DNA of 64,000 nucleotides from an uncultured Candidatus Rokubacteria bacterium (GTDB lineage: Bacteria > Methylomirabilota > Methylomirabilia > Rokubacteriales > DASRDR01): contig CAWDVE010000016.1 of NCBI GenBank assembly GCA_963805625.1, forward strand, positions 64,001 to 128,000. The letters run 5' to 3'. This document shows, in pieces, positions 39,783 through 50,995 of this stretch. The position numbers were made by a program, and so were the translations under genes. A model generated the notes under the pieces. The model did not search any database. It saw only the letters and a program-made list of their open reading frames with translations, and was not told the DNA's origin. Position 1 is the stretch's first letter, and every line of letters starts with the position of its first letter.

Positions 39783-41018
39783 CTACCGCTGGAGCCGCGT
39801 GCGGATCCGCTCGACCGCCTCCTCCGTCTGGTCGCGGCGGCCGAAGGCGGTGAACCGGAAGTACCCCTCGCCGCTCGGCCCGAAGCCGACGCCCGGGGTC
39901 CCGACGACGTGGGCCTCCGTGAGCAGCCTGTCGAAGAGGTCCCAGGAGCCGAGGCCGGGCGGTGTCTTGACCCAGATGTAGGGAGCGTTCTCCCCCCCGT
40001 AGACCTGGAACCCCGCCGCGCGCAGCCCGTCGCGGATGATCCGCGCGTTTTCCATGTAGAAGTCGACGGCGGCCCGCACCTCTTTCCGCCCCTCGTCGGT
40101 GTAGCTGGCGGCGGCACCGCGCTGGACGACGTACGGGACGCCGTTGAACTTGGTGGACTGCCGCCGGAACCAGAGCGCGTGAAGACTCGATGGCTGTCCG
40201 CTGGCGGTGCGCCCCTGGAGCTCCTTGGGGACGACGGTGAACGCACAGCGCGTGCCCGTGAACCCGGCGGTCTTCGAGAAGCTCCGGAACTCGATGGCGC
40301 ATTCCCGGGCGCCCTCGATCTCGTAGATCGAGTGCGGCACGTCCGGGTCGCGGATGTACGCCTCGTAGGCGGCGTCGTAGAGGATGACGGCGCCGTGCCG
40401 CCGCGCGTAGTCCACCCAGGTGCGCAGCACGTCGCGCGGCATCACCGCCCCGGTGGGGTTGTTCGGGTAGCAGAGGTAGAGGAGGTCCACCGGGCGATCG
40501 GGGAGGGAGGGCCGGAAGCCGTTCTCGGCAGTGGCAGGCAGGTAGAGGAGCCGGGAGTACCGCCCATCGGGACCCGCCGTGCCGGCCCGCCCGGCCATCG
40601 CGTTCGTGTCCACGTACGCGGGGTACACGGGGTCCACGAGCGCCACCTGCACATCGACGGCGAAGATCTCCTGGATGTTGCCGGTGTCGCTCTTGGCCCC
40701 GTCGCTCACGAAGATCTCGTCGGTCGCGACGCGGACGCCGCGCGCCCCGTAGTCGTGGGCCGCGATGAGCTCGGTCAGGAACTCGTACCCCGTCTCTGGC
40801 CCGTAGCCGCGAAACGTGTCGGCCCGCGCCATCTCGTCGACGGCCTCGTGCATGGCGCGGACGACCGCCGGCGCCAGCGGCAGCGTGACGTCGCCGATTC
40901 CCAGCCGGATGAGCCGGGCGTCCGGATGGGCCGCCGCGAACGCCTTCACCCGCCGCGCGATCTCGGAGAAGAGGTATGTCGGCTTCAGCGTGAGGTAGTG
41001 CTCGTTGATCCTGACCAC
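39783..41018 (-). CDS. dapL: LL-diaminopimelate aminotransferase
   Basis: [39 protein letters not shown]. Confidence 0.95.
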   Translation of the reverse strand: MVRINEHYLTLKPTYLFSEIARRVKAFAAAHPDARLIRLGIGDVTLPLAPAVVRAMHEAVDEMARADTFRGYGPETGYEFLTELIAAHDYGARGVRVATDEIFVSDGAKSDTGNIQEIFAVDVQVALVDPVYPAYVDTNAMAGRAGTAGPDGRYSRLLYLPATAENGFRPSLPDRPVDLLYLCYPNNPTGAVMPRDVLRTWVDYARRHGAVILYDAAYEAYIRDPDVPHSIYEIEGARECAIEFRSFSKTAGFTGTRCAFTVVPKELQGRTASGQPSSLHALWFRRQSTKFNGVPYVVQRGAAASYTDEGRKEVRAAVDFYMENARIIRDGLRAAGFQVYGGENAPYIWVKTPPGLGSWDLFDRLLTEAHVVGTPGVGFGPSGEGYFRFTAFGRRDQTEEAVERIRTRLQR

Positions 41019-41144
41019 GATCGTCTCCCCGGGGTGTGAGGTGGTTGACGGGGATTCTAGCACTGGTTGACGCGCCGGCGGGTCTCGCCCACGATGCGGG
41101 CAAGAGGCCCTCCCCGCCGGAGGAGCCATCCCAGAGGAGGCGGC

Positions 41145-42431
41145 ATGGAAGCGCGGACGCGGAGCGCCCACGAGATGGAGCTGGTGGCAAAGGCCGGCCG
41201 GTACCTGGCCGGGGGCACCCTCGGCAACCTCGTCGAGGAAGTCGTCCTCGCGCGGGGGCGGGGCAGCCGAGTGTGGGACGTGAGCGGCCACGATTACATC
41301 GACTATCTCCTGGGCTCGGGGCCGATGCTGGTCGGGCACGCTCACCCGGAGGTGGTGGCCGCCGTGCGCGAGCAGCTCGAGCTCGGCTCGACGTTCTTCG
41401 CGAACAACGAGCCCGCCATCCTCCTCGCCGAGGAGATCTCGAAAGCGATGCCATGCGCGGAGAAGGTGCGCTTCTGCAGCTCGGGGACGGAGGCGACGCT
41501 CTACGCCATGCGACTCGCCCGCGCCGTCCGGCGCCGCGATCGCATCCTGAAGTTCGAGGGCGGCTACCACGGTATGCACGACTACGCCGTGATGAGCATG
41601 AGCCCGTCGGTGCCGGGCCAGTTCCCGACGCCGGTCGCGGACTCGGCGGGCATTCCCCAGGCCGTCGCGTCGACCATGCTCGTGGCGCCGTTCAACGACC
41701 TCGAGACGACCGCCGCCATCGTCGATCGGCACCACGACGAGCTGGCCGGCGTCATCGTCGAGCCCTTCCAGCGCGTGCTCGCCCCCCGGCCCGGGTTCCT
41801 GTCTGGGCTCCGCGAGCTTACCGCCCGCCACGGCATCCCGCTGATCTTCGACGAGGTCGTCACGTCGTTTCGGTTCGCCTACGGCGGAGCCCAGGAGTTC
41901 TACGGGATCACGCCCGATCTCTGCGCCCTCGGAAAGGCGGTCGGCGGCGGCTTCCCGCTGACCGCCGTCGCCGGCCGCGAGGAGCTGATGGCGCACTTCG
42001 ACCAGACCCGCGTTAGCCGGGACCAGTTCATCCCGCAGGTGGGCACGCTCAGCGGCAATCCGATTGCCACCGCCGCGGGGCTGGCCACCGTCCGGATCCT
42101 GAAGCGCCCCGGCACCTACGAGCGGATGCACGCCCTGGGCCGCCAGCTGAAGGGGGCTCTCCAGCGCATCTGCGACTCGGCGGGCATCCCGGCCCGCGTC
42201 GTCGGCGAGGGGGTGCTGTTCGAGGTCTACTTCACGGACGCGGAGATCAGCGACTACCGCTCGACCCTCAAGGCGGACCGGACTCGGCTGGCGCGCTTCG
42301 TGCAGCTCCTCCGGGAGCGCGGGGTCTTCCGCGGCGCCTCGAAGTTCTACCTGTCCATCGTGCACGACGAGGCCGATATCGCGGAGACGATCAGGGCATT
42401 CGAGTCGGCGGTCGCCGTCCTGGCCGACTGA
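41145..42431 (+). CDS. Class III aminotransferase (glutamate-1-semialdehyde aminomutase-like)
   Basis: [40 protein letters not shown]. Confidence 0.9.
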   Translation: MEARTRSAHEMELVAKAGRYLAGGTLGNLVEEVVLARGRGSRVWDVSGHDYIDYLLGSGPMLVGHAHPEVVAAVREQLELGSTFFANNEPAILLAEEISKAMPCAEKVRFCSSGTEATLYAMRLARAVRRRDRILKFEGGYHGMHDYAVMSMSPSVPGQFPTPVADSAGIPQAVASTMLVAPFNDLETTAAIVDRHHDELAGVIVEPFQRVLAPRPGFLSGLRELTARHGIPLIFDEVVTSFRFAYGGAQEFYGITPDLCALGKAVGGGFPLTAVAGREELMAHFDQTRVSRDQFIPQVGTLSGNPIATAAGLATVRILKRPGTYERMHALGRQLKGALQRICDSAGIPARVVGEGVLFEVYFTDAEISDYRSTLKADRTRLARFVQLLRERGVFRGASKFYLSIVHDEADIAETIRAFESAVAVLAD

Positions 42432-42502
42432 TCAGCCGGCCTGGCGGGGTGGGGCGCCGCTCGGCCGACGCCCGGGCGGGTCCGTTGCGGGGCGCAATCC
42501 TG

Positions 42503-44914
42503 CTAGCGGGCTCCCCCGGCCGGCGCCGCGTCGAGGACTTCCCGGACCTTATGCGCCAGGGCCGAGGCCGTGAAGGGCTTCGGAAGGAAGGCCATGCCCG
42601 TCTCCGAGACACCCTGGTGGAGGATGGCGTCGTCCGTATAGCCGGACACGTAGAGCACCTTGGTCTCGTGTCGCCCCGCTCTCAGGTGGTCGGCGAGCTC
42701 ACGGCCCCCCATCTGCGGCATCACGACGTCGGTGACCAGAAGGTGAATCGGGCCGCCGTGCCCCCGACCGATCCGGAGGGCCTCGTCACCGTCGGCCGCC
42801 TCGAGCACCGTGTAGCCCTGCTGCTGGAGGATGTCACGGGCTAGCCCCCGGACCTCGGGCTCGTCCTCCACGAGGAGCACCGTCTCGGAGCCGTGGGGGG
42901 CGGCCTCCGGGATCCCGGGGTCCCTCGGGAGGTCCGCCGGCGCATCGACGCGCGGGAAGTCGATCGTGAAGACGGCGCCCTGCCCGGGCTCGCTGTCGAC
43001 GCGGATCGCGCCCCCGCTCTGCGTCACGATCCCATAGACGGTCGCCAGGCCGAGCCCCGTTCCCTTGCCCGGACCCTTGGTCGTGAAGAAGGGCTCGAAC
43101 AGATGCGCCTTGATGAGCCCGTCCATCCCGACGCCGGTGTCACGGACGACCAGCCGCACGTGGGGACCCGCCCGAAGGCCCACGTGCTGCCGAGCGAACC
43201 CCTCGTCGAGCCGGACGAAGCCGGTCTCGAGCGTCAGTCGCCCGCCGAGGGGCATCGCGTCGCGGGCGTTGACTGCCAGGTTGACGATCATCTGCTCGAG
43301 CTGGGCAGGATCGGCCCGGACGCAACCCGCTGTCGGGTCGAGGCGGGTGGCCAGGGTGATGTCCTCGCCGATGAGGCGGCTCAGCATCGTCTCCATGCCG
43401 CGGACGACCTCGTTCAGGTCGACGACGCGCGCCTGCACCATCTGCTTCCGGCTGAAGGCGAGGAGCTGCCGGGTGAGGGCGGAGGCCCGGTGCGCCGTCT
43501 CCTCCACCAGCTCGACGTCGCGGCGGAGCGGGCTCTCGGGCGGGAGCTTGAGCAGGAGGAGCTGGCTTCGCCCCGTGATCACGGTCAGGAGGTTGTTGAA
43601 GTCGTGGGCGACGCCCCCGGCGAGCCGCCCGACCGCCTCCATCTTCTGGGCGTGGCGGAGCTGTGCCTCGAGCGCCCTCACGGCGGTGAGATCGCGCACG
43701 ACGACGATGACCCCGAGGTCCTGCTCCTCGCCGCCCTTGAGCGTGGCCGTCGTGATCTCGACGGGCGTGCCCCCTCCCGTCCGGCTAGGCAGGGTCACCG
43801 TGGCCGTACGGCCCGTGCGCCACTGGAGGGCCGCTTGCAGGATGGCCACGAGCTCGGGGGTGTGGTCCAGGACCTCCGTCACGTGACGGCCCCGGGCGAC
43901 GGTCACGGCTGGGCATCCCAGCAGGGATTCGGCGGCGCCGTTGAGGGTGACCACGCGGCCATCGAGGTCGAGGGTGACGATTCCGTTGACCAGGGAGTCG
44001 AGAATGTGGTCGGTGTAGCTCTTCAGGTCGGACAGCTCGGCGAACCGGCGCCGGAGCTCGCCGTGGGCGGCCTCCAGGGCGGTCCGCTGCTCGAGGAGCG
44101 CGGAGCGCTGCTCGTGGAGCTGCCGCGCCATGTCGTTGAAGGCGGTTGCGAGCTGCCCGATCTCGTCGGAGGTCGTCGGCTCGACACGCTGGACCAGCTC
44201 ACCCCGCGAGATCGCGACCGCGCCCGCCGCGAGCTGCCGGACGGGCCGCGCGATCCGGCGGGCGACCAGGGCGGAGGCCAGTCCCGCCCCGGCCAGGACG
44301 AGGACGGCCAGCAGGATCAGCTGGCGCCGTGTGGCGGCGATCTCCGCGTCCATCCGGCGGCGCGAAAGCCCCACCCGGGCCGTACCCCACCGCTGGGCGT
44401 CGACCCGCATCGGCACCGCGAAGTCGTACAGCGCCTCCCCGTCCGGCCCGTCGAGCTCCTGGGCCAGGGTGGCGTCCGTGGAGAGGATGCGGTCGAGGGT
44501 GCCGCCCGAGAGGAGCGTCCCCACGATCTCGGGCTGGTCGTTGTGGGCTGCGACTCGCCCGTCGCGGTCTAGGATCATCGCGTAGGCGACGTCGGTCTCG
44601 GTGGCCAGACGCGCCACGTTCTGCTCGAGCTGCGTGTAGTTGTAGAGGACCAGCGGTCCGGTGGACCCGGCGGCCAGGTCGCGCGCCAGGGCGTCTCCCC
44701 GTCTTTGCACCTCGCGGATGATGGCCTCCCGCTGCCGGTGCTCGACGATGATGACCAGGGCGCTCATGACCGAGGCAACGACGAGGAGGGTACCGACCAG
44801 GAACTTCGTCTGGAGCGAGACGAAGCGGCCGCCTCGCCGGGTTGGCTCTGACAACAATCGGCTTGCGGGCGAGGGAGGGGTGGATCGAGAAGGGTCGGGT
44901 CGCTCGGTCGTCAC
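42503..44914 (-). CDS. Hybrid sensor histidine kinase (HAMP, PAS, HisKA, HATPase, receiver)
   Basis: QKMEAVGRLAGGVAHDFNN, FEPFFTTK, GTGLGL, LLVEDE, TDVVMP. Start approximate. Confidence 0.93.
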   Translation of the reverse strand: MTTERPDPSRSTPPSPASRLLSEPTRRGGRFVSLQTKFLVGTLLVVASVMSALVIIVEHRQREAIIREVQRRGDALARDLAAGSTGPLVLYNYTQLEQNVARLATETDVAYAMILDRDGRVAAHNDQPEIVGTLLSGGTLDRILSTDATLAQELDGPDGEALYDFAVPMRVDAQRWGTARVGLSRRRMDAEIAATRRQLILLAVLVLAGAGLASALVARRIARPVRQLAAGAVAISRGELVQRVEPTTSDEIGQLATAFNDMARQLHEQRSALLEQRTALEAAHGELRRRFAELSDLKSYTDHILDSLVNGIVTLDLDGRVVTLNGAAESLLGCPAVTVARGRHVTEVLDHTPELVAILQAALQWRTGRTATVTLPSRTGGGTPVEITTATLKGGEEQDLGVIVVVRDLTAVRALEAQLRHAQKMEAVGRLAGGVAHDFNNLLTVITGRSQLLLLKLPPESPLRRDVELVEETAHRASALTRQLLAFSRKQMVQARVVDLNEVVRGMETMLSRLIGEDITLATRLDPTAGCVRADPAQLEQMIVNLAVNARDAMPLGGRLTLETGFVRLDEGFARQHVGLRAGPHVRLVVRDTGVGMDGLIKAHLFEPFFTTKGPGKGTGLGLATVYGIVTQSGGAIRVDSEPGQGAVFTIDFPRVDAPADLPRDPGIPEAAPHGSETVLLVEDEPEVRGLARDILQQQGYTVLEAADGDEALRIGRGHGGPIHLLVTDVVMPQMGGRELADHLRAGRHETKVLYVSGYTDDAILHQGVSETGMAFLPKPFTASALAHKVREVLDAAPAGGAR

Positions 44915-45155
44915 GCTCTCCCTCTGCCGCAGCCCCTGGGACCGCGAGGCCCAAATAGGCTTGAAATCTAGGCCAACGGGTGGTCCCCGGTCAAGGAATA
45001 CCTCCTCGTGAACATCGGGACTCGGTCCGGGGTCAAACCGGTGCGCCGGAGGAGGGTGACGGGCCCCCGGGTGGGGGGCGCCTTCGTGGACAGCCCCCGA
45101 CCCGGGCAGTAGACTGACGGGAGCGCCGCCCTCGGCGCTTCCAGGGAGGTGCGGC

Positions 45156-45812
45156 GTGCGGATCCGAGTCGCGCACCGAGTGGTGTCCGCTGGGCTACTG
45201 GCTCTGCTCTTGGCGGGGTGCGCAGCCGGCAACGAAGGCGCCGCGAAGGGGGCCATCATCGGGGCCGCCGGCGGCGGCCTGATCGGCGCGGCGACCTCCG
45301 GGTCCCACGTGGGACGCAACATGGGCCTCGGCGCCCTCATCGGCGGCCTGATCGGCGCGCTGGCGGGCGAGGTCATCCAGCAGCGCACGGCGGCGGCCTC
45401 ACCGCCGCCGATGCCACCGCCACCCCCCCCGGCCGGCGGGCCACCGCCGCCCCCGCCGCCCGGACAGTGGTCCGTAGTGACGGCGCCCCAGCCGCCGCCA
45501 CCCGTGGGGCCGCCGCCTCCGGCCGAAGGCCCCGGTCGCCCCCCCGATCCGACGATGGGCGTGATTACCAACGGGACCCAGTGGGAGATCCAGGTCTTCA
45601 TCGACAATCCGCCGGGATCTCCGAGTCCTCTCGTCTTGAGCCCGGGGATGCAGGTGCCCGTCGTGCTGGACATCGGTCAGCACCGGGTCGTGGCTCAGGC
45701 ATTCGTGGACACGCAGCTCGGCCGCCGCCTCGTCGGGACGTTCGACCGCACGTTGACGGTCGATCCGCGGGCGCCGGGCTGGACGATCCACTTTTTCCCC
45801 GCCAACTTCTGA
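45156..45812 (+). CDS. Glycine-zipper, proline-rich lipoprotein
   Basis: Lipobox LAGC, GAIIGAAGGGLIG zipper, poly-Pro linker. Confidence 0.8.
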   Translation: MRIRVAHRVVSAGLLALLLAGCAAGNEGAAKGAIIGAAGGGLIGAATSGSHVGRNMGLGALIGGLIGALAGEVIQQRTAAASPPPMPPPPPPAGGPPPPPPPGQWSVVTAPQPPPPVGPPPPAEGPGRPPDPTMGVITNGTQWEIQVFIDNPPGSPSPLVLSPGMQVPVVLDIGQHRVVAQAFVDTQLGRRLVGTFDRTLTVDPRAPGWTIHFFPANF

Positions 45813-45848
45813 GGCCAAATGCGACCAAGCGCAGGAGGAAGTCGAACC

Positions 45849-47330
45849 ATGAGTGGCAACAAGCTGTGGCCCTTGGCTGTCAGCCTCGGGCTCCTGGTGT
45901 CTCTGATCGCCTTCACACTACCCGCCGGTGCGGCCGGCGGTGGCATTCCCCCGACCACGGTGGCGCAGTCAGCGCCGCGTGCGACCGACCCCGCGTTCGC
46001 CGGCGCGCTGCCGGAGTCCTATCCGTGGGTACGGCTTGCCGAAACGCTCACACCGGCGGTCGTCAACGTCCGCACCACGAGCGAGGCGCGCCGGACGCGG
46101 GTGCCGCAGGTGCCCGAGCCGTTCCGGCGGTTCTTCCCGCAGCCGCCGGAGGGCGGAGGGGAGCGTGAGGTCCGCCCGCGGGGCATCGGCTCCGGGTTCA
46201 TCATCGACGCCGACGGCTACATCGTCACGAACCATCACGTCGTGGACGGATCGAGATCGATCGAGGTCCAGCTCTCCGATGGGCGGACCTTCCAGCCGAA
46301 GGTCATCGGCAGCGACGCCGAGACCGATCTGGCCCTCCTGAAGATCGAGGCCACCGGCCTTCCGATGATCCCGCTGGGGAGCTCGAGCACGCTCAAGGTG
46401 GCCGAGCCGGTCATGGCCATCGGGAACCCGTTCGGGTTCGACCACACGGTGACCGTCGGCATCGTGAGCGGCACGGGCCGGTTCATCGGCCAGGGGCGCT
46501 TCGACGACTTCATCCAGACCGACGCCGCCATCAATCCCGGCAACTCTGGGGGGCCCCTCATCAACACCCGGGGCGAGGCCGTCGGCATCAACTCGGCGAT
46601 CCGGAGCAGTTCGGGCGGCTTCCAGGGCATCGGGTTCGCCATCCCGGTCGACTTGGCGAAGCCGATCCTCGGACAGCTCCGGGCCACCGGCAAGGTCACC
46701 CGGGGGTGGCTGGGCGTGGCGATCCAGCCCCTGACCGACGAGCTCGCCAAGTCCTTCGGGATCACGGGCACGCAGGGCGCGCTCGTCGCTTCGGTCAGCG
46801 AGGACTCACCCGCCGCCCGGGCCGGCTTCAAGCCGGGCGACGTCATCGTCACCTTCGATGGGAAGACCGTGGAGGGACCGCGCGTGCTGCCCACGATCGT
46901 GGCCAACACGCCGGTCGGGCGCGCGGTGCCGGTCGTGGTCCTGCGTGACGGCAAGCGGCAGACCGTCACGGTCACGGTCGGGAGTCTCGCCGAGTCGCGG
47001 GAGGCGCGCGCCGCGACGGGCGAGAAGCTGCCGGAGAGCCGGGCGACCGAGAAGCTCGGGCTCTCGCTCCAGGAGCTGACGCCCGAGCTCGCGAAGCAGC
47101 TCGGCGTGCAGAGCGACAAGGGTGTCGTCGTGACCGAGGTGAAGCCCGACTCACCCGCCGCCCAGGCGGGTCTCGCACCGGGCGACGTGATCCGCGAGGT
47201 GAACCGGATGCCGGTGCAGGGTCTCCAGGATGTCGAGCGCGGCCTGACTCGCGGGCAAGATCCCGCCCACGTCCTGCTCCGTGTCGAGCGCGAGGGCTCG
47301 CAGCGCTACGTGGTCGTCGGCGCCGGGTAG
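45849..47330 (+). CDS. DegP/DegQ (HtrA) serine endoprotease
   Basis: TNHHV, DLAL, INPGNSGGPL, two PDZ domains. Confidence 0.95.
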   Translation: MSGNKLWPLAVSLGLLVSLIAFTLPAGAAGGGIPPTTVAQSAPRATDPAFAGALPESYPWVRLAETLTPAVVNVRTTSEARRTRVPQVPEPFRRFFPQPPEGGGEREVRPRGIGSGFIIDADGYIVTNHHVVDGSRSIEVQLSDGRTFQPKVIGSDAETDLALLKIEATGLPMIPLGSSSTLKVAEPVMAIGNPFGFDHTVTVGIVSGTGRFIGQGRFDDFIQTDAAINPGNSGGPLINTRGEAVGINSAIRSSSGGFQGIGFAIPVDLAKPILGQLRATGKVTRGWLGVAIQPLTDELAKSFGITGTQGALVASVSEDSPAARAGFKPGDVIVTFDGKTVEGPRVLPTIVANTPVGRAVPVVVLRDGKRQTVTVTVGSLAESREARAATGEKLPESRATEKLGLSLQELTPELAKQLGVQSDKGVVVTEVKPDSPAAQAGLAPGDVIREVNRMPVQGLQDVERGLTRGQDPAHVLLRVEREGSQRYVVVGAG

Positions 47331-47478
47331 GCCGGATCCACCCACCGCTTTCCGCCGCGGCGCTGGACTTCCCGTCCGGTGCCGCGGCGCCTTGTTCGAC
47401 GTCTGCGTCGCGTGCTAGAGTCCCGCCCGTCTTGATGGTCCAGCCTCGCGTGTCCGCGAATACAGCCTGGGAGAAGCC

Positions 47479-49209
47479 ATGGCACCACTGACCGACGTCG
47501 CCCGCCCGCTCCATCACGTACGCACGCTTCTCGGCATCGGGGTACCGATGCGGGATGGGGTGAAGCTCTCGACCGACGTGTACCTACCCGACGGGGCCGG
47601 CCCGTTCCCCGTCATCCTGATCCGCACTCCGTATAGCAACAACGTCGAGGCTGGGGTGCAGGATGGTGTCTACTTCGCTCAGCGCGGCTACGCCGTCGCA
47701 ATCCAGGACGTGCGCGGGCGCTTCGACTCCGAGGGGGAATGGGCGCCGTTCGTCCACGAGGCGGAGGATGGCTACGATGCGCAGGAATGGTGCGGGACGC
47801 AGCCGTGGTCGACCGGGAAGGTCGGCACCAGCGGCGCCTCGTACCTCGCGCTCACGCAGTGGCTGGCTGCGCCCCTCCGCAACCGTCACCTGGCGGCCAT
47901 GGCGCCCCGGGTCGGGTTCTCGAACCTCTACCACAACTGGGTCTACACTGGGGGCGCCTTCCAGCTGGGCTTCAACCTCCGCTGGGGCGCCGTCCAGATG
48001 CACACCCGCACCAACCAGACCCAGTACCTCTGGATGCCGCCCGAGCAGCATTACTCGACGCTCTTCGGGCACCTGCCGCTCCTCACGGGTGACGAGCGCG
48101 CCGGTCGCGTTTGCGAGTTCTACCGGGAGTGGATTCGACATCCGGACTACGGCCCGTACTGGGAGCGCCTCGGCAACGTCGAGAAGGACTACGCGCGGAT
48201 CGACGTGCCGGCCTACGGGTTCGGCGGGTGGTACGACGTGTTCCTCCAGGGCACCCTGAACAACTTCATGGGCATTCGGGCCAAGGGCGTGTCCGAGCGC
48301 GCGCGGCGCCAGAAGGTCCTGATCGGACCCTGGATCCACTCGTTGGGGGAGCGCGGGACCCAGAGCCGGACGGGCGACATCGACTTCGGGCCCGCGAGCC
48401 TCGTCGATCTCCGGCGGGAGGAGCTGCGCTGGTTCGACCACTGGCTCCGGGGTGTCGACGACGGGATCATGGGCGAGCCGCCCGTGAAGGTCTTCGTCAT
48501 GGGTCGGAACGACTGGCGCATGGCGACGGACTGGCCCATTCCCGGCACGCGCTTCATTCCCCACTACTTCCACTCGGGGGGCCACGCCAGCACGCTCTGG
48601 GGCGACGGCACGCTCGACCGGCGGGTACCGGGCGTGGAGCCGGCGGACCGATACGTCTACGACCCGGCCGACCCGGTGCCGACCCTCGGCGGGAGCACGT
48701 GCTGCGGCGAGGACATCACGCCGATCTCGATGGGGCCTCGCGACCAGCGACCCGCGGAGTGGCGGCCCGACGTCCTCGTCTACTCGACGCCCGCGCTCGA
48801 GGCGGACGTCGAGGTCACTGGTCCCATCAAGGTCGTCCTCTGGGCGGCGTCGTCGGCGCCGGACACGGACTTCACCGCGAAGCTCGTCGATGTCTTCCCG
48901 TCGGGGTACACGATGAACGTCGCGCAGGGGATCCTCCGCGCCCGCTACCGCGACTCCTTCGAGCAGCCGAGCCCGCTCGAGCCCGGCCGGCCCTACCGCC
49001 TCGAGATCGACTGCTGGTCGTCGTCGAACCTATTCCGACGGGGCCACCGGATCCGGATCGAGATCGCCTCGTCGAACTTTCCCCAGTTCGACCGGCACCC
49101 CAACACGGGCCGGCCGTTCGGGACGGACGCGGATCTCGTCCGCGCGACCCAGACCGTGTACCACGACGCGCAGCACCCGAGCCATATCGTGCTGCCCATC
49201 GTGGACTGA
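47479..49209 (+). CDS. CocE/NonD family hydrolase
   Basis: MRDGVKL, RTPY, QDVRGR, GASY, GWYD, GPWIH. Confidence 0.95.
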   Translation: MAPLTDVARPLHHVRTLLGIGVPMRDGVKLSTDVYLPDGAGPFPVILIRTPYSNNVEAGVQDGVYFAQRGYAVAIQDVRGRFDSEGEWAPFVHEAEDGYDAQEWCGTQPWSTGKVGTSGASYLALTQWLAAPLRNRHLAAMAPRVGFSNLYHNWVYTGGAFQLGFNLRWGAVQMHTRTNQTQYLWMPPEQHYSTLFGHLPLLTGDERAGRVCEFYREWIRHPDYGPYWERLGNVEKDYARIDVPAYGFGGWYDVFLQGTLNNFMGIRAKGVSERARRQKVLIGPWIHSLGERGTQSRTGDIDFGPASLVDLRREELRWFDHWLRGVDDGIMGEPPVKVFVMGRNDWRMATDWPIPGTRFIPHYFHSGGHASTLWGDGTLDRRVPGVEPADRYVYDPADPVPTLGGSTCCGEDITPISMGPRDQRPAEWRPDVLVYSTPALEADVEVTGPIKVVLWAASSAPDTDFTAKLVDVFPSGYTMNVAQGILRARYRDSFEQPSPLEPGRPYRLEIDCWSSSNLFRRGHRIRIEIASSNFPQFDRHPNTGRPFGTDADLVRATQTVYHDAQHPSHIVLPIVD

Positions 49210-49239
49210 CCACAGCCAGGCGTTCACGCCCGCATCCTG

Positions 49240-49550
49240 ACCCTGACGTCCGGGCGGCGGTCCAGGCTGCGCCCACGGTCGAGCTGCACCTCCACCTTGG
49301 CCCCTTCGCCGAGGTTTACACGGAGGCGGCCCGGCGCGGATTCTATCGCACGGCCCATGCCGGCGAGGTGGCCGGGCCCGACTCCGTCCGCGAGGCGCTC
49401 GACCGCCCCGACGCCGAGCGGGTGGATCATGGGATCCGCGCGGTCGAGAATCCGGCCCTGGTCGCGCGCCTGACCGAGCACGCGGCCCACGCGGCGTTCC
49501 TCGACGGGGCCGTGCGGGAACAGCTTCGGGCGCGCGTCCGGTCCGGCTAG
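49240..49550 (+). pseudogene. Adenosine deaminase remnant with two in-frame internal deletions
   Basis: PTVELHLHL joined to TAHAGE...ERVDHG, joined to C-terminal AAFLD. No start codon seen. Confidence 0.8.
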
Positions 49551-49591
49551 GCCGCCCTCGCCGGATGGGGGGGACCGTCGTGGGGATGCCG

Positions 49592-50995
49592 CTACGCGAG
49601 CGGCGGGCGCCGCTGCCACCAGCCCGCTGCTTGCTCGTACGCATGTCCGGCGCGGAGCAGTGTCGCCTCGTCGAAGGGACGGCCGATCAGCTGAAGGCCC
49701 ACGGGCCGTCCGTCGGTCGCGAAGCCGCAGGGAAGGCTGAGCGCCGGCAGTCCGAGCGCGTTCCAGGGCCGCGTCAGGCGCGAGAAGCGGCCCATGCGGC
49801 TGACGATGTCGTCGGGAGACCCCGCCTTCACGGCCGCCAGGGCGGGCGCTGGCTCGGGGATGGTGGGCGCGACCAGCACGTCGACCCGCGCAAACACGTC
49901 GTCCACGAAGGTTCGCGTGGCGCGGGCGCGGAGCCGCGTCGCCTGGAGATAGTCGTGAGCGCTCACGTGGAACCCCACCTCGAGACGCGCGCGGACGGCC
50001 GGCTGGAGCGCGTGGGGGGATTCGCGGACGATGCGGGCATGGATCGCGGCGCTCTCGCAGCGGGCGATCACGTTGGCGAGATCGTTGAGGGGCGTCGGAT
50101 CCGGCAGGGGACACTCGATCACCCGGGCCCCGAGCCCGCGGAGCGTCTCGGTCGCCGCCTGGACCGCCAGCCGCACAACGTCGTCGATGCCTTCCCCGTA
50201 GTAGCGATCGGGCACGCCGATCCGGAGCCCGGCGATCGGCCGGTCGAGGCCCATCACGTAGTCCGGGACGGGGCGGCGACTCGCGGTCGCATCCCGGGCG
50301 TCGGCACCCGCGATCACGGCCAGGAGGACGGCCGCGTCGCGCACCGTCCGGGCGAGCGGTCCGATGTGGTCGAGGGACCACGAGAGCGGCATCGCGCCCG
50401 CCCGGCTCACGCGCCCGTAGGTGGGCTTGAGCCCCACGATGCCGCAGCAGGCGGCGGGCAGCCGAATCGAGCCCCCGGTGTCCGTGCCGAGGGCACCGTA
50501 GGCGAGGCCGGCCGCCACGGCCGCCCCGGACCCGCTCGACGATCCGCCGGCACAGTGGCCGGGACGCCAGGGGGTCTCCACGTCGCCGTGGTGGGCGTTG
50601 TCGCCGAAGGGCCCGAGCGCCAGCTCGGAGAGGTTCAGGCGGCCGAGCGAGATGGCGCCGGCCGCCTCCAGGCGGGCGATGGCGGTCGCGTCCTGATCGG
50701 CGCGGAAGTACTCGGGGACGGCCGTGCCGCAGGACGCCGCCCGGCCGCCCCAGACGAAGAGGTCCTTGTGAGCGAGGGGCACTCCGTGAAGGGGGCCGCG
50801 GGCGCGGCCTGCCTTCACCTCGGCCTCACGGATGCGCGCCGTCCGGAGTGCGGCCTCGGCGTCGACGTGGACGAAGGCGTGAAGTCGAGGCCCGAGCGTC
50901 TCGATGCGGGCGACGCATGCTTCGGTGACCTCGACTGGGGAGATCTCGCGGGCGCGGATCCTCGCGGCGAGCGCGGCGAGCGTCTCGTCAGCCAC
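49592..50995 (-). CDS. Amidase (amidase signature family)
   Basis: GPLHGVPLAHKD, GGSSSGS, GTDTGGSIRLPA. Confidence 0.95.
   Translation of the reverse strand: MADETLAALAARIRAREISPVEVTEACVARIETLGPRLHAFVHVDAEAALRTARIREAEVKAGRARGPLHGVPLAHKDLFVWGGRAASCGTAVPEYFRADQDATAIARLEAAGAISLGRLNLSELALGPFGDNAHHGDVETPWRPGHCAGGSSSGSGAAVAAGLAYGALGTDTGGSIRLPAACCGIVGLKPTYGRVSRAGAMPLSWSLDHIGPLARTVRDAAVLLAVIAGADARDATASRRPVPDYVMGLDRPIAGLRIGVPDRYYGEGIDDVVRLAVQAATETLRGLGARVIECPLPDPTPLNDLANVIARCESAAIHARIVRESPHALQPAVRARLEVGFHVSAHDYLQATRLRARATRTFVDDVFARVDVLVAPTIPEPAPALAAVKAGSPDDIVSRMGRFSRLTRPWNALGLPALSLPCGFATDGRPVGLQLIGRPFDEATLLRAGHAYEQAAGWWQRRPPLA

Noticed and set aside
45400-45550. CCG-rich low-complexity tract
   Set aside because: It encodes the poly-proline linker of the lipoprotein and is not a DNA repeat element.
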